Shown here: positions 10,631 through 21,493 of the stretch, piece by piece | How the letters are laid out: every line of letters begins with the position of its first letter | Position numbering within the stretch: the first letter of the stretch is position 1 | From: an uncultured Chloroflexia bacterium | Lineage (GTDB): Bacteria > Chloroflexota > Limnocylindria > Limnocylindrales > CSP1-4 | Assembly (NCBI GenBank): GCA_963720755.1 | Contig: CAVRGP010000015.1 | Location: 96,001-160,000, forward strand | Direction: 5' to 3' | Length of the DNA stretch: 64,000 nt | The notes under the pieces: generated by a model | Told to the model about the DNA's origin: nothing | The model's database searches: none | What the model saw: only the letters and a program-made list of their open reading frames with translations | Made by a program: the position numbers and the translations under genes

Positions 10631-11602
10631 ATGAACGCCCAGCTTCGGATCGTGTTCCTCGCATCGGTGGTCACGGTCGCCTTGGCGGCCTGCTCAGGGG
10701 CCACGTCGTCGTCGGCACCTGGGGCCACGGCCGGCGCGACATCCGTGGCGGGAGACCCAGCCACCGACAAGCTCGCCCAGGTCCTCCAGCGCGGAACGCT
10801 CATCCTGTCGACCGACCCGGAGTACCCGCCGCAGTCCATGGGTGTCGACGGCGCCGTGCGCCTGGCGGACACCAAGTGCGCCGCTAACCAGATGACGGCT
10901 CCGGAGATGACCGGCTATGACGCGGAGACCGGAAAGGCCGTGGCGGCCGCGCTCGGCGTGGAACCATGTTTCGTGGTGCCGAGCTGGACCGAGATCACCG
11001 GGGGCAGCTGGGGTGACCGGTGGGACATCTCGTACGGGTCGGGCTCGATCAACGCGGATCGCATGACCCGCCTGTGGATGACGCAGCCCTATTACGGCGT
11101 CCCAAATCACTACTTCGTTCGGTCCGATTCCCCGTACCAGACGCCCGCCGACCTGTCGGGTAAGCAGATCGGGGCGTGCGCGAGTTGCAGCCACGAATAC
11201 TTCCTCAAAGGAGAGCTGGAGATCCCCGGCGTTGTCATCACCCTTGATGTCACGAACCCGCAGATCGTGACCTTCGAGACCGAGCCGACCGGGCTCAAGG
11301 AGCTCGCCGACGGGAAGATCGACGCGTTCCTGGCCGCGGTTCCGGTCGGCCAGGCTGCCATCGATGGCGGCCTGGATCTGCGGATGCTGGCGCAAACGTC
11401 GTTCACCTACTACCCGTCGGGGTTCGTCGACAAGAGCTCCGGGCTCGAATCGAAGCCTTTCGTCGAGCGGGTGAATGAGATCGTCCGGGGGCTCCAGGCT
11501 GACGGCACCCTGAAGGCCCTGTCCATCAAGTTCTTCGGCGTCGATTACGCCCAGGCAGGCGCCGACTTCGATCTCGACGCCACGGGACAGGTGTTGCAGT
11601 AG
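10631..11602 (+). CDS. Polar amino-acid-type solute-binding lipoprotein (SBP family 3)
   Basis: Lipobox LAAC; [33 protein letters not shown]. Confidence 0.85.
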   Translation: MNAQLRIVFLASVVTVALAACSGATSSSAPGATAGATSVAGDPATDKLAQVLQRGTLILSTDPEYPPQSMGVDGAVRLADTKCAANQMTAPEMTGYDAETGKAVAAALGVEPCFVVPSWTEITGGSWGDRWDISYGSGSINADRMTRLWMTQPYYGVPNHYFVRSDSPYQTPADLSGKQIGACASCSHEYFLKGELEIPGVVITLDVTNPQIVTFETEPTGLKELADGKIDAFLAAVPVGQAAIDGGLDLRMLAQTSFTYYPSGFVDKSSGLESKPFVERVNEIVRGLQADGTLKALSIKFFGVDYAQAGADFDLDATGQVLQ

Positions 11603-11604
11603 GC

Positions 11605-14349
11605 GTGCGTATCCCGGGACCCTGGAACCGCAGCCTCCGGGCCCGGCTGGTCGCCTACTTCCTGGTGCTTTCGGGGGTCACGGTCGCCGTCGTCGGTGCC
11701 GTGGTCTACGCTCGTGCGACCGACGACCTGAAGAACTCCGTCTTCGAGCGGCTCGCCGCGGTCGCCGAAGTCAAGGCCGATTCGCTGGATCGCTGGATCG
11801 ACGAGCAGCGCCGCAACGTCGTGTTCGTAGGGAGCATCCCAGGGCTGGGCGACGAGGCCCGCGTCTTCCTGTCCGACCAGTCCAGCCCGGCTGAGCGCGA
11901 TGCTGCGCGGGCGAACCTGGCCAAGACCCTGGGCGTCGTCGTCCAGCAGACATCCGACGCGCAGGAGTTCACGATCCTCGACCTGGACGGCGTCGTCCGC
12001 CTGTCCACGGTTCCCGCCCATGAAGGGCAGTCCCAGGCCAACGAGTACTTCTTCACCAACGGCGTGTCGCACACGACCGTCCAGAACGTCTATACGTCAT
12101 CGCTCACCAACCTCCCGACGATCACCGTCAGCAATCCGTTGTTCGATGCCGACGGTCATGGGCGCCGGGTCGGCGTGCTGGCCGGGAACCTCAATCTGGA
12201 ACGGATCGATCGGATCGTGCTGGAACGGACGGGTCTCGGCGTGGGTGGCGCGACCTACCTCGTCGGGACGGATCACCGGTTCCTGCACGCTCGCCTCAAT
12301 CAGGGCGAGTTCGCGAGCGGCGTCACTTCCAAGGGGATCGAGCTCGCCCTGGCCGGTGGTTCCGGTCAGGCGTTATACACCGACTACCGCGGTGTCCCGG
12401 TCATCGGTGTCTACCGCTGGCTGGACGCGCACGATGCGGCCCTGCTGGTCGAGCTGCCCCAGTCCGAGGCCTTCGGCCCGGCCGAACAACTCGCCGCGAC
12501 GATCGGCCTGGTCGGCCTGATCTCCGCCCTCCTCCTCGCCATCGGGATCTGGCTCGTCGCTCGCCAGGTCACGCGGCCCATCCTCAGGCTCGCCTCGACA
12601 GCTTCCGCGGTGGCCGGCGGTGACCTCCACGCGACGGCGCCGGTGACGTCAGAGGACGAGGTGGGCCAGCTCACGACCGCGTTCAACGGGATGACGGTGC
12701 AGCTCCGCGAGAACGTCGAGACACTCGAGCGTCGAGTCGAGGAGCGAACCGCCGAGTCGACCGCCGCGCGCCTGGAGGCGGATGCGGCCAACCAGGCCAA
12801 GAGCTCGTTCCTCGCTGCGATGAGTCACGAGATCCGGACGCCGATGAACGCCATCATCGGGATGAGCGGCCTCCTGCTCGATACGCCCGTCACGGACGAA
12901 CAGCGCGACTACGCCGAGACGATCCAGACGAGCGGCGATGCGCTGCTGACGATCATCAACGACATCCTGGACTTCTCCAAGATCGAGGCGGGACGGATCG
13001 ATCTCGGGGCCGAACCATTCGATCTCCGTCGGGCCGTCGAGGGCGCCCTGGACGTCCTTGCACCAGCGACGGCGAAGAAGGGCATCGAACTCGCCTATCA
13101 CATCGACGAGGTGGTCCCGCAGCAGCTCGTCGGCGACGTCGGACGTTTCCGTCAGATCGTCCTCAACCTTTTGTCCAACGCGGTCAAGTTCACGGAGGTC
13201 GGTGAAGTCGAGCTGTCGGTCGGCGGCGGCCCGGTCGACCCGGACGCGATCGATCCCGGGACTCCACCGCGATGGGAGCTGGCAGTGGACGTCCGCGATA
13301 CCGGGATCGGCATCCCCGCTGACCGGATCGGCCGCCTCTTCCAGAGTTTCAGTCAGGCCGATGCCAGCATCTCGCGGCGTTTCGGCGGGACGGGGCTTGG
13401 CCTGGTCATCAGTCGGCGCCTGGCCGAGGCCATGGGCGGCTCGCTGATCGCCGAAAGCAGCGGCGTTCCGGGGCAAGGCAGCACCTTCCGGCTTCGGATC
13501 GTGGCCCCGATCGGAGTCGACAGCGACCGGCTGCCGACATCCGAGCCGGTGGATCTCGCCGGCCGTCGGGCGCTGGTCGTGGACGACAACGCCACGAGCC
13601 GCCGGATCCTGGTCGCGCAACTCGCGCGATTCGGGATGGAGGCGCGCGCCACCGGGAGCGCGTCCGAGGCGCTCAGCTGGCTCGGCGGACAGGGACCGTT
13701 CGACATCGTCCTGAGCGACATGCGGATGCCGGAGATGGACGGCCTGGCCCTGGCCTCAGCGATCCGCGCAACGATCACGCCGATCCTCCCGGTCGTCATC
13801 CTCTCGTCCGTCGGCGAGCGGATGCCGGCCGATGCACCGATCGCCGGCTCGCTGACCAAACCGGTGAAGCCATCGGTCCTGCACGGCGCGCTGGTGAACG
13901 CCTTCGACCTGGGCGTTGCGCCATCGGTCCCCCGCGTGCTGGAGCGGCCCAGCATCGACGCCAATTCGGCCACGCGACACCCGCTTCGGATCCTCCTGGC
14001 GGAAGACAACGCCGTGAATCAGAAGCTGGCGCTACGACTGCTCGAGCGGATGGGCTACGCGGCTGATCTCGCGGCCGACGGTCAGGCTGCCATCGATGCG
14101 ATGGAGACGAACAGCTACGACGTTATCCTGATGGACATCCAGATGCCCGAGATCGATGGGCTGGAAGCGACTCGCCGGATCCGCACGCGCTGGCCAGACC
14201 GGGACATCCGGATCGTCGCCATGACCGCCAATGCCATGGCCGAGGATCGAGCCGCCTGTCTCGAGGCTGGGATGGACGACTACGTCGCCAAGCCGATCCG
14301 GGTGGAGGAGTTGGTGGCAGCGCTCCTGCGTGCGACCCCGACGCCCTGA
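11605..14349 (+). CDS. Hybrid sensor histidine kinase (Cache-HAMP-HisKA-HATPase-REC-REC)
   Basis: Two TMs, HAMP (DEVGQL), [32 protein letters not shown], two receiver domains. Confidence 0.95.
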   Translation: MRIPGPWNRSLRARLVAYFLVLSGVTVAVVGAVVYARATDDLKNSVFERLAAVAEVKADSLDRWIDEQRRNVVFVGSIPGLGDEARVFLSDQSSPAERDAARANLAKTLGVVVQQTSDAQEFTILDLDGVVRLSTVPAHEGQSQANEYFFTNGVSHTTVQNVYTSSLTNLPTITVSNPLFDADGHGRRVGVLAGNLNLERIDRIVLERTGLGVGGATYLVGTDHRFLHARLNQGEFASGVTSKGIELALAGGSGQALYTDYRGVPVIGVYRWLDAHDAALLVELPQSEAFGPAEQLAATIGLVGLISALLLAIGIWLVARQVTRPILRLASTASAVAGGDLHATAPVTSEDEVGQLTTAFNGMTVQLRENVETLERRVEERTAESTAARLEADAANQAKSSFLAAMSHEIRTPMNAIIGMSGLLLDTPVTDEQRDYAETIQTSGDALLTIINDILDFSKIEAGRIDLGAEPFDLRRAVEGALDVLAPATAKKGIELAYHIDEVVPQQLVGDVGRFRQIVLNLLSNAVKFTEVGEVELSVGGGPVDPDAIDPGTPPRWELAVDVRDTGIGIPADRIGRLFQSFSQADASISRRFGGTGLGLVISRRLAEAMGGSLIAESSGVPGQGSTFRLRIVAPIGVDSDRLPTSEPVDLAGRRALVVDDNATSRRILVAQLARFGMEARATGSASEALSWLGGQGPFDIVLSDMRMPEMDGLALASAIRATITPILPVVILSSVGERMPADAPIAGSLTKPVKPSVLHGALVNAFDLGVAPSVPRVLERPSIDANSATRHPLRILLAEDNAVNQKLALRLLERMGYAADLAADGQAAIDAMETNSYDVILMDIQMPEIDGLEATRRIRTRWPDRDIRIVAMTANAMAEDRAACLEAGMDDYVAKPIRVEELVAALLRATPTP

Positions 14350-14351
14350 GG

Positions 14352-15026
14352 TCAGTTCCGGGGGACGGCGGCGAGCAGCGCGTCGAGCGCGTCCGTGCCG
14401 ATCTCGCCGGCCATGCGTGCAACCACCTTGCCATCGCCGTCGAGGACGACCAGGAACGGGAACGCATTGAGGCCATACGCGTTGGCCACCGACCCCGTCG
14501 GGTCGACGATGACGGGAACCGTCCAACCGATCCGCTCGAGCCACGCGGCCGGTGGGTAATTCGGCGCGGTCGGATCGATCGCGGTGGATACCGAGCGGAA
14601 CTCGACATCGGATGGCGCACCGCCGCTGTCGAGCCACGCCTGCAGGATCGGGAGCTCGTTCTGGCAGTGGGTGCACCAATGGGCAGCGAACACGACGAGC
14701 ATCGGCTTGCCGGTCGGCTCGATGGTGACGGGCAAGCCCTGGTCGTTGTGGCCAGCGACGACCGGAGCGACCAGGCCCTTGGCCGGATCGTCACCGGTCG
14801 GGGAGTACACCGGCAGGGAATTGCCGTTGATCACCGGAGGCTGGACCGCCGCCGCGGAGGGGCTGGCCGACGCGCCTGGCCCGGCCTGGCTTGCCAGGAA
14901 GGCCGCCGCCGCCGTCCCCAGGATGACGATCCCGACGATCGGCAACAGCCAGCGCGCGACGGGGTTCTGATCCTGGCGACGGGCGGCTTCCCGCCGCGAT
15001 TCGCGGGCTCTGGCTCGTTCAGTCAT
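14352..15026 (-). CDS. Membrane-anchored TlpA/thioredoxin-like disulfide oxidoreductase
   Basis: N-terminal TM; AHWCTHCQNELP; AFP cis-Pro loop. Confidence 0.85.
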   Translation of the reverse strand: MTERARARESRREAARRQDQNPVARWLLPIVGIVILGTAAAAFLASQAGPGASASPSAAAVQPPVINGNSLPVYSPTGDDPAKGLVAPVVAGHNDQGLPVTIEPTGKPMLVVFAAHWCTHCQNELPILQAWLDSGGAPSDVEFRSVSTAIDPTAPNYPPAAWLERIGWTVPVIVDPTGSVANAYGLNAFPFLVVLDGDGKVVARMAGEIGTDALDALLAAVPRN

Positions 15027-15579
15027 CGGTCTCCTCGTTGATCTCGGCGCGTCGGATGGAAAGCAGCGTGATGATCGACAGGAATGCGGCGAGGGCCAGC
15101 AGCGGCAGGCTCACGAACCCGAACTCGCGGAACCAGATCAAGGTGCATGACGATCCCGTCCCGCATGCGCCGCTGTCGAGCGATGGGATCCATTCGAGTG
15201 CGAGGTGGTAGATCGAAATGATCGCCCCGATGGATGCCAGGACGCGCACATAGGTGATCACGGCATCGTCCCTGCGGACGGCAGCGATCCCGAGGATGAT
15301 CACCAACGGGTACATGGCGATGCGCTGGTACCAGCACAGCCGGCACGGATCGAAGTGGGCGACTTCGGAGAAGTACAGGCTGCCGACCGTTGCCAGCGAC
15401 GCCACCACGAATGCCATCCCGATGGCGTTCGGGCCGATGACGCTGCAGAGGGCGCGAAACCAGCCACGCGCCCGGATCGACCCGAGGGCGAGCAGCCGGA
15501 TCGCGACGATCGACCCGACGAAGAGGAGGGCGACGATCGCGAGGATCGAATAGAAGACCTGGACGCTGGCGACGGTCAT
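15019..15579 (-). CDS. dsbB: Disulfide bond formation protein B (DsbB/BdbC family)
   Basis: [22 protein letters not shown], second Cys pair. Confidence 0.9.
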   Translation of the reverse strand: MTVASVQVFYSILAIVALLFVGSIVAIRLLALGSIRARGWFRALCSVIGPNAIGMAFVVASLATVGSLYFSEVAHFDPCRLCWYQRIAMYPLVIILGIAAVRRDDAVITYVRVLASIGAIISIYHLALEWIPSLDSGACGTGSSCTLIWFREFGFVSLPLLALAAFLSIITLLSIRRAEINEETDD

Positions 15580-15606
15580 CGCGCGAACGTCATCGGTGGG
15601 CGCATC

Positions 15607-16047
15607 TCAGGCAGGGACGACGATGACCCGGCACGATGCCTTCTGGGTCACTTCGGTCGAGACGCTACCGAGCAGGAGCCGTCGCAGGTCCGTTCGCGGA
15701 CGCGAGCCGAGGACGATGACGTCTGCCGCCTCCGTGGTCGCCGCCTCGAGGATCGACTCGGCCGGATCGCCATCCCAGATCAGGTAGGTGGCTGACACGC
15801 CGGCATCGCGGGCGCGCCGGACGATGGCGTTCACGCCACTCTCCAGGCGGTCCCGCTCCTGGTCGATCCGGCGGATGCGTCCGCCAGGCAACCGAAGGTT
15901 GGACCGTTCGACGACGCTGAACACGACGAGCTCGGCATGATCGTCGGCGGCCAGGTGGATCGCCGCCTCGATCGCGCCGCGAGACGCATTGCTGAGATCG
16001 ATCGCCAGCAGGATCCGACGGGCCTGCGGCTCGACACGAGCTTCCAT
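15607..16047 (-). CDS. Universal stress protein
   Basis: ILLAIDLS, GDPAESI, DVIVLGSR, LLGSVS. Confidence 0.92.
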   Translation of the reverse strand: MEARVEPQARRILLAIDLSNASRGAIEAAIHLAADDHAELVVFSVVERSNLRLPGGRIRRIDQERDRLESGVNAIVRRARDAGVSATYLIWDGDPAESILEAATTEAADVIVLGSRPRTDLRRLLLGSVSTEVTQKASCRVIVVPA

Positions 16048-16084
16048 GCAAGCCATGGTGTTCGCCCGGGGCACACTCGTTCAC

Positions 16085-16120
16085 GGTCCATCTGGCCGGT
16101 TGTCACGGGCCGGGTGGCAC
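16085..16120. promoter_or_regulatory. Paired DosR-like boxes between usp and the kinase
   Basis: GGTCC-ATCT-GGCCG 16085 and GGGCC-GGGT-GGCAC 16107, 22 bp apart. Confidence 0.5.
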
Positions 16121-16158
16121 GAGGTTCGAGTGCGCCAGCCCTCTGCTACGCTCACCTC

Positions 16159-17313
16159 GTGAGTGGCATCGATCAGCCGACTGACGGCGGACGGGTCGTC
16201 GAGGCGTTCGACCGCGCCACTCGGGCCATCGCCGGCCTCCTGCCGCTCGAAGAGGTCCTTCAGGTCATCGTCGATGAGCTGCGTCCGCTCGTTGACGCGC
16301 GCTACGCGGCTCTCGGGATCGTCGACGCTTATGGCGTCATCGACCGCTTCATCACGTCGGGGATCGATGATCCGGTACGGGCCGCGATCGGCGCGCCGCC
16401 CCGAGGTCATGGCATCCTCGGGCTGATCGTGCGCGAAAACCGATCGATCCGGATCCCGGACCTGATGGCCGATCCACGTCGTCACGGCTTCCCGGTGAAC
16501 CATCCGCCGATGCATACCTTCCTCGGCGTCCCGATCTCCGTTCGGGGCCATTCGGTCGGGAACCTGTATCTGACCGACAAGGCCGGAGGAGGGGAGTTCA
16601 CCGTCGAGGACGAGGAGCTCGTCGAGACCTTCGCTCGCCACGCGGCGATCGCGATGGACAACGCCCGGCTCCACGAGGAGGTCCTGCGGTTGGCGGTCGT
16701 CGACGAGCGCGAACGGATCAGCAAGGACCTGCACGACGGCATCATCCAGAGCATCTATGCCGTGGGTCTGTCGCTCGAGGACGTGCCGGAACTCCTCGAG
16801 GATGATCCCCAGGAAGTCGCCCACCGCGTCGAGCGAGCCATCGACAACCTCCACCTGACCATCCGTGACATCCGGAACTTCATCTTCGGCCTCCGGCCTG
16901 AACTGCTGAGCGGCACGAACCTCGTGGCCGGCCTCGTCGCGATCGCCGAGGAGTTTCGCCATAACTCGATGATCGACATCGAGGTCCATGCGGAAGATCT
17001 CGCCCGCGAGCCGTCGCCAGACTTGACCGCGCACCTCCTGGCCATCGCCAACGAGGCGCTCAGCAACACCGCGAGGCATTCCGGAGCGTCGAGAGCGCTG
17101 GTCGGCGTGTCGGGCAACGAGAGCGGCGTGCACCTGACGATCACCGACAACGGTCGTGGGTTCGCCGGCTCCGCGGGGGGAAGCGTGGGCCACCAGGGGC
17201 TCAGCAACATGCGCTCACGTGCCGCGGACATCCATGCGACCATCGTCATCGATACCGGGAATGAAGGCACGACCATCCGGGTCGTCCTCCCGCCCGAGGA
17301 TGAGGACACATGA
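16159..17313 (+). CDS. DosS/DevS-like GAF sensor histidine kinase (HisKA_3)
   Basis: ARYAALG, GILG, GFPVNHPPMHTFLGVPI (heme GAF), GNLYLTDK, ERERISKDLHD, DNGRG. Confidence 0.92.
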   Translation: MSGIDQPTDGGRVVEAFDRATRAIAGLLPLEEVLQVIVDELRPLVDARYAALGIVDAYGVIDRFITSGIDDPVRAAIGAPPRGHGILGLIVRENRSIRIPDLMADPRRHGFPVNHPPMHTFLGVPISVRGHSVGNLYLTDKAGGGEFTVEDEELVETFARHAAIAMDNARLHEEVLRLAVVDERERISKDLHDGIIQSIYAVGLSLEDVPELLEDDPQEVAHRVERAIDNLHLTIRDIRNFIFGLRPELLSGTNLVAGLVAIAEEFRHNSMIDIEVHAEDLAREPSPDLTAHLLAIANEALSNTARHSGASRALVGVSGNESGVHLTITDNGRGFAGSAGGSVGHQGLSNMRSRAADIHATIVIDTGNEGTTIRVVLPPEDEDT

Positions 17314-17987
17314 CCGACGCTACGCGAAGTCCGAGCCAGGCGTTGACCATCCTGGTCGTGGATGACCACGAGGTCGTTCGGCAGGGGCTGTCCGCGATGC
17401 TCGACCGCCGCGAAGGGTTCCAGGTCGTCGCGGAGGCCGGCACCGTCGCCGAGGCGCTCGATTCCGCGCGCCGCTTCCAGCCGGATCTCGTGGTGATGGA
17501 TGTCCGCTTGCCGGACGGGTCGGGGGTCGAAGCCTGTCGCGAGATCCGAGCCGAGCTTCCCGAGACCCGGGTGGTGATGCTGACGAGTTATCCCGACGAG
17601 GAAGCCGTGCTCGCGGCCATCATCGCGGGCGCCAGTGGATACCTCCTCAAGCAAGTGCGCGCCCGAGATCTGGTGGCGGCCCTGGAAGCCGTCGGCCGCG
17701 GTGAATCGCTGCTCGACCCGGCGGTCACCGGCAAGGTCCTCGAGCGGATGCGCCGGATCGCGGCGTCAGACCAACCTGACGAACTCGCCGCCCTGACCCA
17801 ACAGGAGCGCAAGATCCTCGCGCTGGTGGCCGAGGGCAAGACGAACAAGGAGATCGCGGCCGAGGTCTACCTTTCGGACAAGACGGTCAAGAACTACGTG
17901 AGTTCGATCCTGGCAAAGCTCAATCTGGAGCGGCGAGCGCAGGCCGCCGCGTACGTCGCCAAACTCAAGGGACCGGGCGGCGGCTGA
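17310..17987 (+). CDS. DosR/DevR-like NarL-family response regulator
   Basis: VDDHEVVR, DVRLPDGSG, AGASGYLLKQ, LTQQE..GKTNKEIA..KTVKNYVSSILAKL. Confidence 0.93.
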   Translation: MTDATRSPSQALTILVVDDHEVVRQGLSAMLDRREGFQVVAEAGTVAEALDSARRFQPDLVVMDVRLPDGSGVEACREIRAELPETRVVMLTSYPDEEAVLAAIIAGASGYLLKQVRARDLVAALEAVGRGESLLDPAVTGKVLERMRRIAASDQPDELAALTQQERKILALVAEGKTNKEIAAEVYLSDKTVKNYVSSILAKLNLERRAQAAAYVAKLKGPGGG

Positions 17988-18491
17988 TCAGATCGATGCA
18001 GGCTGGGGCTGGATCGCACCGGCGATCTCGCGCGCCCAATCGTCGATGTCCCCCCAAACGCGGAAGTCGCCATAGGGCGCTCTGACCGCAGCGACCACCA
18101 GCTTCTCCGGTAACTTGAGGTCCGCCTTGTCGAGCCTGCCGGGGAACACCCGGTGCTCGACGGCTTCGGTGGCCAGCATGAGGGCCGCCACATCGTCTGG
18201 ATCGCCGTCAGGCTTGAGTGGCTCGCCAAGTGGGCCACACGAGAAGAGGAAGACCCGGCGTTGTCGTAGCGCTGCCTCGTGCCGACTCACGAACGCCTTT
18301 GCCGGACCGAGCCAACGACCCGCGTAGACGCCGCTACCGATCACGACCGCGTCGTAGCCGTCCAGCGACGTGACCGCATCGGGTTCCATGACCTCGACCT
18401 CGAGCTCGGCTTCCGAGAGGACGACGCCGATGTGATCGGCGATCTCCGTGGCCGTCCCGTGGCGGGAAGCGGAGGTGACGAGGACCTTCAT
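17988..18491 (-). CDS. Flavodoxin-domain protein (HemG-like)
   Basis: SRHGTATEIA, YDAVVIGSGVYAGRW, FSCGP, GDFRVW. Confidence 0.85.
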   Translation of the reverse strand: MKVLVTSASRHGTATEIADHIGVVLSEAELEVEVMEPDAVTSLDGYDAVVIGSGVYAGRWLGPAKAFVSRHEAALRQRRVFLFSCGPLGEPLKPDGDPDDVAALMLATEAVEHRVFPGRLDKADLKLPEKLVVAAVRAPYGDFRVWGDIDDWAREIAGAIQPQPASI

Positions 18492-18560
18492 GATCGACTC
18501 CTTTGTGCGCTCGCGGGTCTCGCGCACGGTGATCGTCCTCCCGTCCCGCTCCCGATCGCA

Positions 18561-18596
18561 GCGCCATTCGTCGCGTTGGCGCGGTCCGATCGGCCC
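18561..18596. promoter_or_regulatory. Paired DosR-like boxes upstream of the flavodoxin gene
   Basis: GCGCC-ATTC-GTCGC 18561 and GGTCC-GATC-GGCCC 18583, 22 bp apart. Confidence 0.5.
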
Positions 18597-18633
18597 GTCA
18601 GGGCACCTGCGGAGGACGAGCCGTCAGAGCTGC

Positions 18634-19905
18634 CTAGATGAGGTGGTAGCGGCGCGCCTCGGCCTCGAGATCCACTCGGTGATCGGGGTGGGCGACGCCG
18701 ATGAGCGCTGTCGCGCGCTCTCGAAGGCTCTTCCCATACAACTCGGCGACACCCCACTCGGTCACGATCGTCCGCACGTGGGCTCGGGTCGTGACGACGC
18801 CGGCGCCCTCGTGGAGGGTGGCAGCGATCCGAGACACGGTGCCACCAGCCGCCGTGGACGGGAGGGCGATGATCGATCGACCGTTCGAGGCGAGCGCTGC
18901 ACCGCGAATGAAGTCCATCTGGCCACCGACCCCGGAGTAAAGACGATGGCCGATCGAGTCGGCTGCGACCTGACCGGTGAGATCAACCTCGATCGCGGAG
19001 TTGATGGCGATCATCCGGCTGAACGACCGGATGACGTGCGTGTCGTTGGTGAAGTCGACCGAGCGCATCTCGACCATCGGGTTGTCTCTGACGAACTCGT
19101 ACAACCGGGCGGTGCCCATCAGGAACGCGGTCACGATCTTGCCGCGGTTGCGCTCCTTGCGTGTCCCGTTCACGACCCCGGCCTCGACCAGGTCGACGAC
19201 GGAGTCGGTGAACATCTCCGTGTGGATCCCGAGATCCTTCTTGTCCCGGAGGGCGAGCGCCGTGGCAGCCGGGATCGTCCCGATACCGAGCTGGAGCGTT
19301 GCGCCGTCCGGGACCAGCTCCGCGATGTACTCGCCGATCTTCCGTTCGACCTCCCCGATCTCGCCGATCGGGATCTCATACGGCGGCTGATCGACCTCGA
19401 CCGCGAGATCGATCTCGTTGACGTGGATGAAACTCTCGCCCAGCGTCCGCGGCATCGCTCGGTTGAACTGGACGAGCACGGTTTTGGCCGCCCGGACCGC
19501 CGCGTGCATGGCCTCCACGCTCGTCCCGAGCGAGCAGAACCCATGGGCGTCAGGTAGCGTCGCGTTGACGAACACGACATCGAGCGGGATCGTGCCCGAG
19601 TCGAACAGGTGGGGCACGTCGGACAGGAACGCCGGTACGTAATCCGCCCGACCCTCGTTGACGGCGGCACGTGCGTTGGGCCCGATGAACAACGCCCGAT
19701 GACGGAAATGCGGAGCCATCTCCGGGGCAAGGTGCGGTCCGGGGCCCTCGATGTGCAGATGGACGACCCCGACGTCGTGCAGGTCCGCCGCCCTCGCCAC
19801 GAGAGCGTCGAGCAGGACCGACGGCGTCGCGGCCGCGCACTGGAGATAGATCTGATCGCCCGACTGGATCGAGGCGACGGCCTCGGCGGCTGACACGATT
19901 CGCAT
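18634..19905 (-). CDS. Acetyl-CoA hydrolase / 4-hydroxybutyrate CoA-transferase family
   Basis: TLQLGIG, LGIHTEM, INSAIEVDLTGQV, SGVGGQMDF, VTEWGVA. Confidence 0.93.
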   Translation of the reverse strand: MRIVSAAEAVASIQSGDQIYLQCAAATPSVLLDALVARAADLHDVGVVHLHIEGPGPHLAPEMAPHFRHRALFIGPNARAAVNEGRADYVPAFLSDVPHLFDSGTIPLDVVFVNATLPDAHGFCSLGTSVEAMHAAVRAAKTVLVQFNRAMPRTLGESFIHVNEIDLAVEVDQPPYEIPIGEIGEVERKIGEYIAELVPDGATLQLGIGTIPAATALALRDKKDLGIHTEMFTDSVVDLVEAGVVNGTRKERNRGKIVTAFLMGTARLYEFVRDNPMVEMRSVDFTNDTHVIRSFSRMIAINSAIEVDLTGQVAADSIGHRLYSGVGGQMDFIRGAALASNGRSIIALPSTAAGGTVSRIAATLHEGAGVVTTRAHVRTIVTEWGVAELYGKSLRERATALIGVAHPDHRVDLEAEARRYHLI

Positions 19906-20041
19906 GTGTCCAGCGTACGCGAGACGGCGATCCGGCGGTGCGTTCCTGGCGGTTCGTCCACTGAGCACGCACGCGAGGGCCGAACGGCAGTATCGGTCGC
20001 CGCTCGAGCGAGGCTACTGTCAACCGAAAGGAGATACCGCC

Positions 20042-20398
20042 ATGACCCTACTCACACCGCTTGACCCGGTCGTCGCCCCTGTCGTTCCGCGAGGCGCGGT
20101 CGTCTGGCTCGATGGGCAGACAGCCATCGTGGCATCGACGGATGACGACGGACGGATCAACACGACCCAGATCGAACGTGGACTCGATGGCGAGCCGCCC
20201 TACCTCGCCAGGGTCGTCCACGAGATCGGCGAACGCGACCGGGTCGTGATCCTCGGACCCGGGGTGCATCGGCTCGAACTCGAACGGGAATATGTCGCGA
20301 TCTTCCATCGGCCAGACCGGCTCGTCGATGTCGAGCGATCCGGCCCGGTCGACGCCAGGGACCTGACCGAGCGACTTCGATCGCTGACCGCCCCTTGA
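20042..20398 (+). CDS. Small hypothetical protein resembling a single aeRF1/host-attachment (baeRF) domain
   Basis: AAAGGAG SD; AVVWLD..A.V and YL..V..I....VVILGPG pattern. Confidence 0.55.
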   Translation: MTLLTPLDPVVAPVVPRGAVVWLDGQTAIVASTDDDGRINTTQIERGLDGEPPYLARVVHEIGERDRVVILGPGVHRLELEREYVAIFHRPDRLVDVERSGPVDARDLTERLRSLTAP

Positions 20399-20499
20399 TG
20401 GCCGTTCCGTGCGTCCGGTCACAGGCTCGCAGCTACATCCCGATGCCACTCGAGCGATAGCAGAAGATGCGGCCGGTCGGTATCCTGAGGCCGAAGCCC

Positions 20500-21489
20500 A
20501 TGGATACGCCAGCGCCGACGGATGCGGACGTCCTTCGCTCAAGCAATGACCACCTCGTCCGAGGTGCGCTGGCAGCCTATCTCGCCCTGGTCGCCGCTCT
20601 CGCCCTGACCAACGGCTTCCAGCTCACCGCCGAGGTCGTGCTGGTCGGGTTCGCGCTGGTCACGATCCTGATCGGCTGGAGATTGGCCGGTGCCGGCGGT
20701 CTCCACCCGGCCCGGGATTGGCTGCCGTTCATCCTGATCGCACTCGCCTACGAACTCATCCGCGGCTTCGGACCGTTCCTGGTCCGCAATGTGAACCTCG
20801 ACCTGGGCGCCGCCGTCGACCGGGCCCTGCTCGGAGGGGCCGTTGCGAGCGACCTCCTCCAGCGGGCGCTCCGACCATCCGGCTGGTTCGAACCGGTGGC
20901 CGTGGTGGCGACGATCGTGTACGCCCTGCATACCATCCTGCCGATCGTCGTGGGGTCATACCTGTGGAGGCGTGACCGCCGCCGCTTCCACGATTTCGTG
21001 GCTGCCCTCGTCATCCTCTCGCTCGCGGCCTTCGCCACGTACCTGCTCCTGCCGGTGGCACCGCCCTGGTGGGCTGCCGACTTCGGGCATATCCCGCCAA
21101 TCGGGCACCTGCAGGGTGCGGCGATCGACGGTCTCGTCGGGGCTTCGGGCTTGACCGGAAGCTGGATCGCCTCCTTCGCGTTCGGCGAAATCAGCCCGGA
21201 CCCGGTGGCGGCGTTCCCGTCCCTCCATGCCGCCTACCCGGTCCTCGCCTACCTCTTCCTCCGCGGCATGCCCGGGACGGCGAAAAGGCTGACTCTTGGG
21301 TTCACCGCGGTCGCCTGGTTCTCGATCCTCTATCTTGGCGACCACTATCTCGTGGATATCGCCGGCGGGCTCGCGTATGCCGTTGCGGCCTGGTGGTTCG
21401 TCACCCGCTACGGATCGCTTACCCGAGCCACGGAGCTTCGGTTGGCTGGTCTTTCGGACGCGACAGCGACCTCGGTCCGCGCTCCCTGA
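20500..21489 (+). CDS. PAP2 superfamily membrane phosphoesterase (Aur1/IPC-synthase-like)
   Basis: LPVAPPW, AAFPSLHAA, YLGDHYLVD. Confidence 0.85.
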   Translation: MDTPAPTDADVLRSSNDHLVRGALAAYLALVAALALTNGFQLTAEVVLVGFALVTILIGWRLAGAGGLHPARDWLPFILIALAYELIRGFGPFLVRNVNLDLGAAVDRALLGGAVASDLLQRALRPSGWFEPVAVVATIVYALHTILPIVVGSYLWRRDRRRFHDFVAALVILSLAAFATYLLLPVAPPWWAADFGHIPPIGHLQGAAIDGLVGASGLTGSWIASFAFGEISPDPVAAFPSLHAAYPVLAYLFLRGMPGTAKRLTLGFTAVAWFSILYLGDHYLVDIAGGLAYAVAAWWFVTRYGSLTRATELRLAGLSDATATSVRAP

Positions 21490-21493
21490 TCCC

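Noticed and set aside
9629-11602. 657-aa ORF as a membrane-SBP fusion
   Set aside because: Artefact of DoxX frameshifts reading through a terminator into the SBP gene
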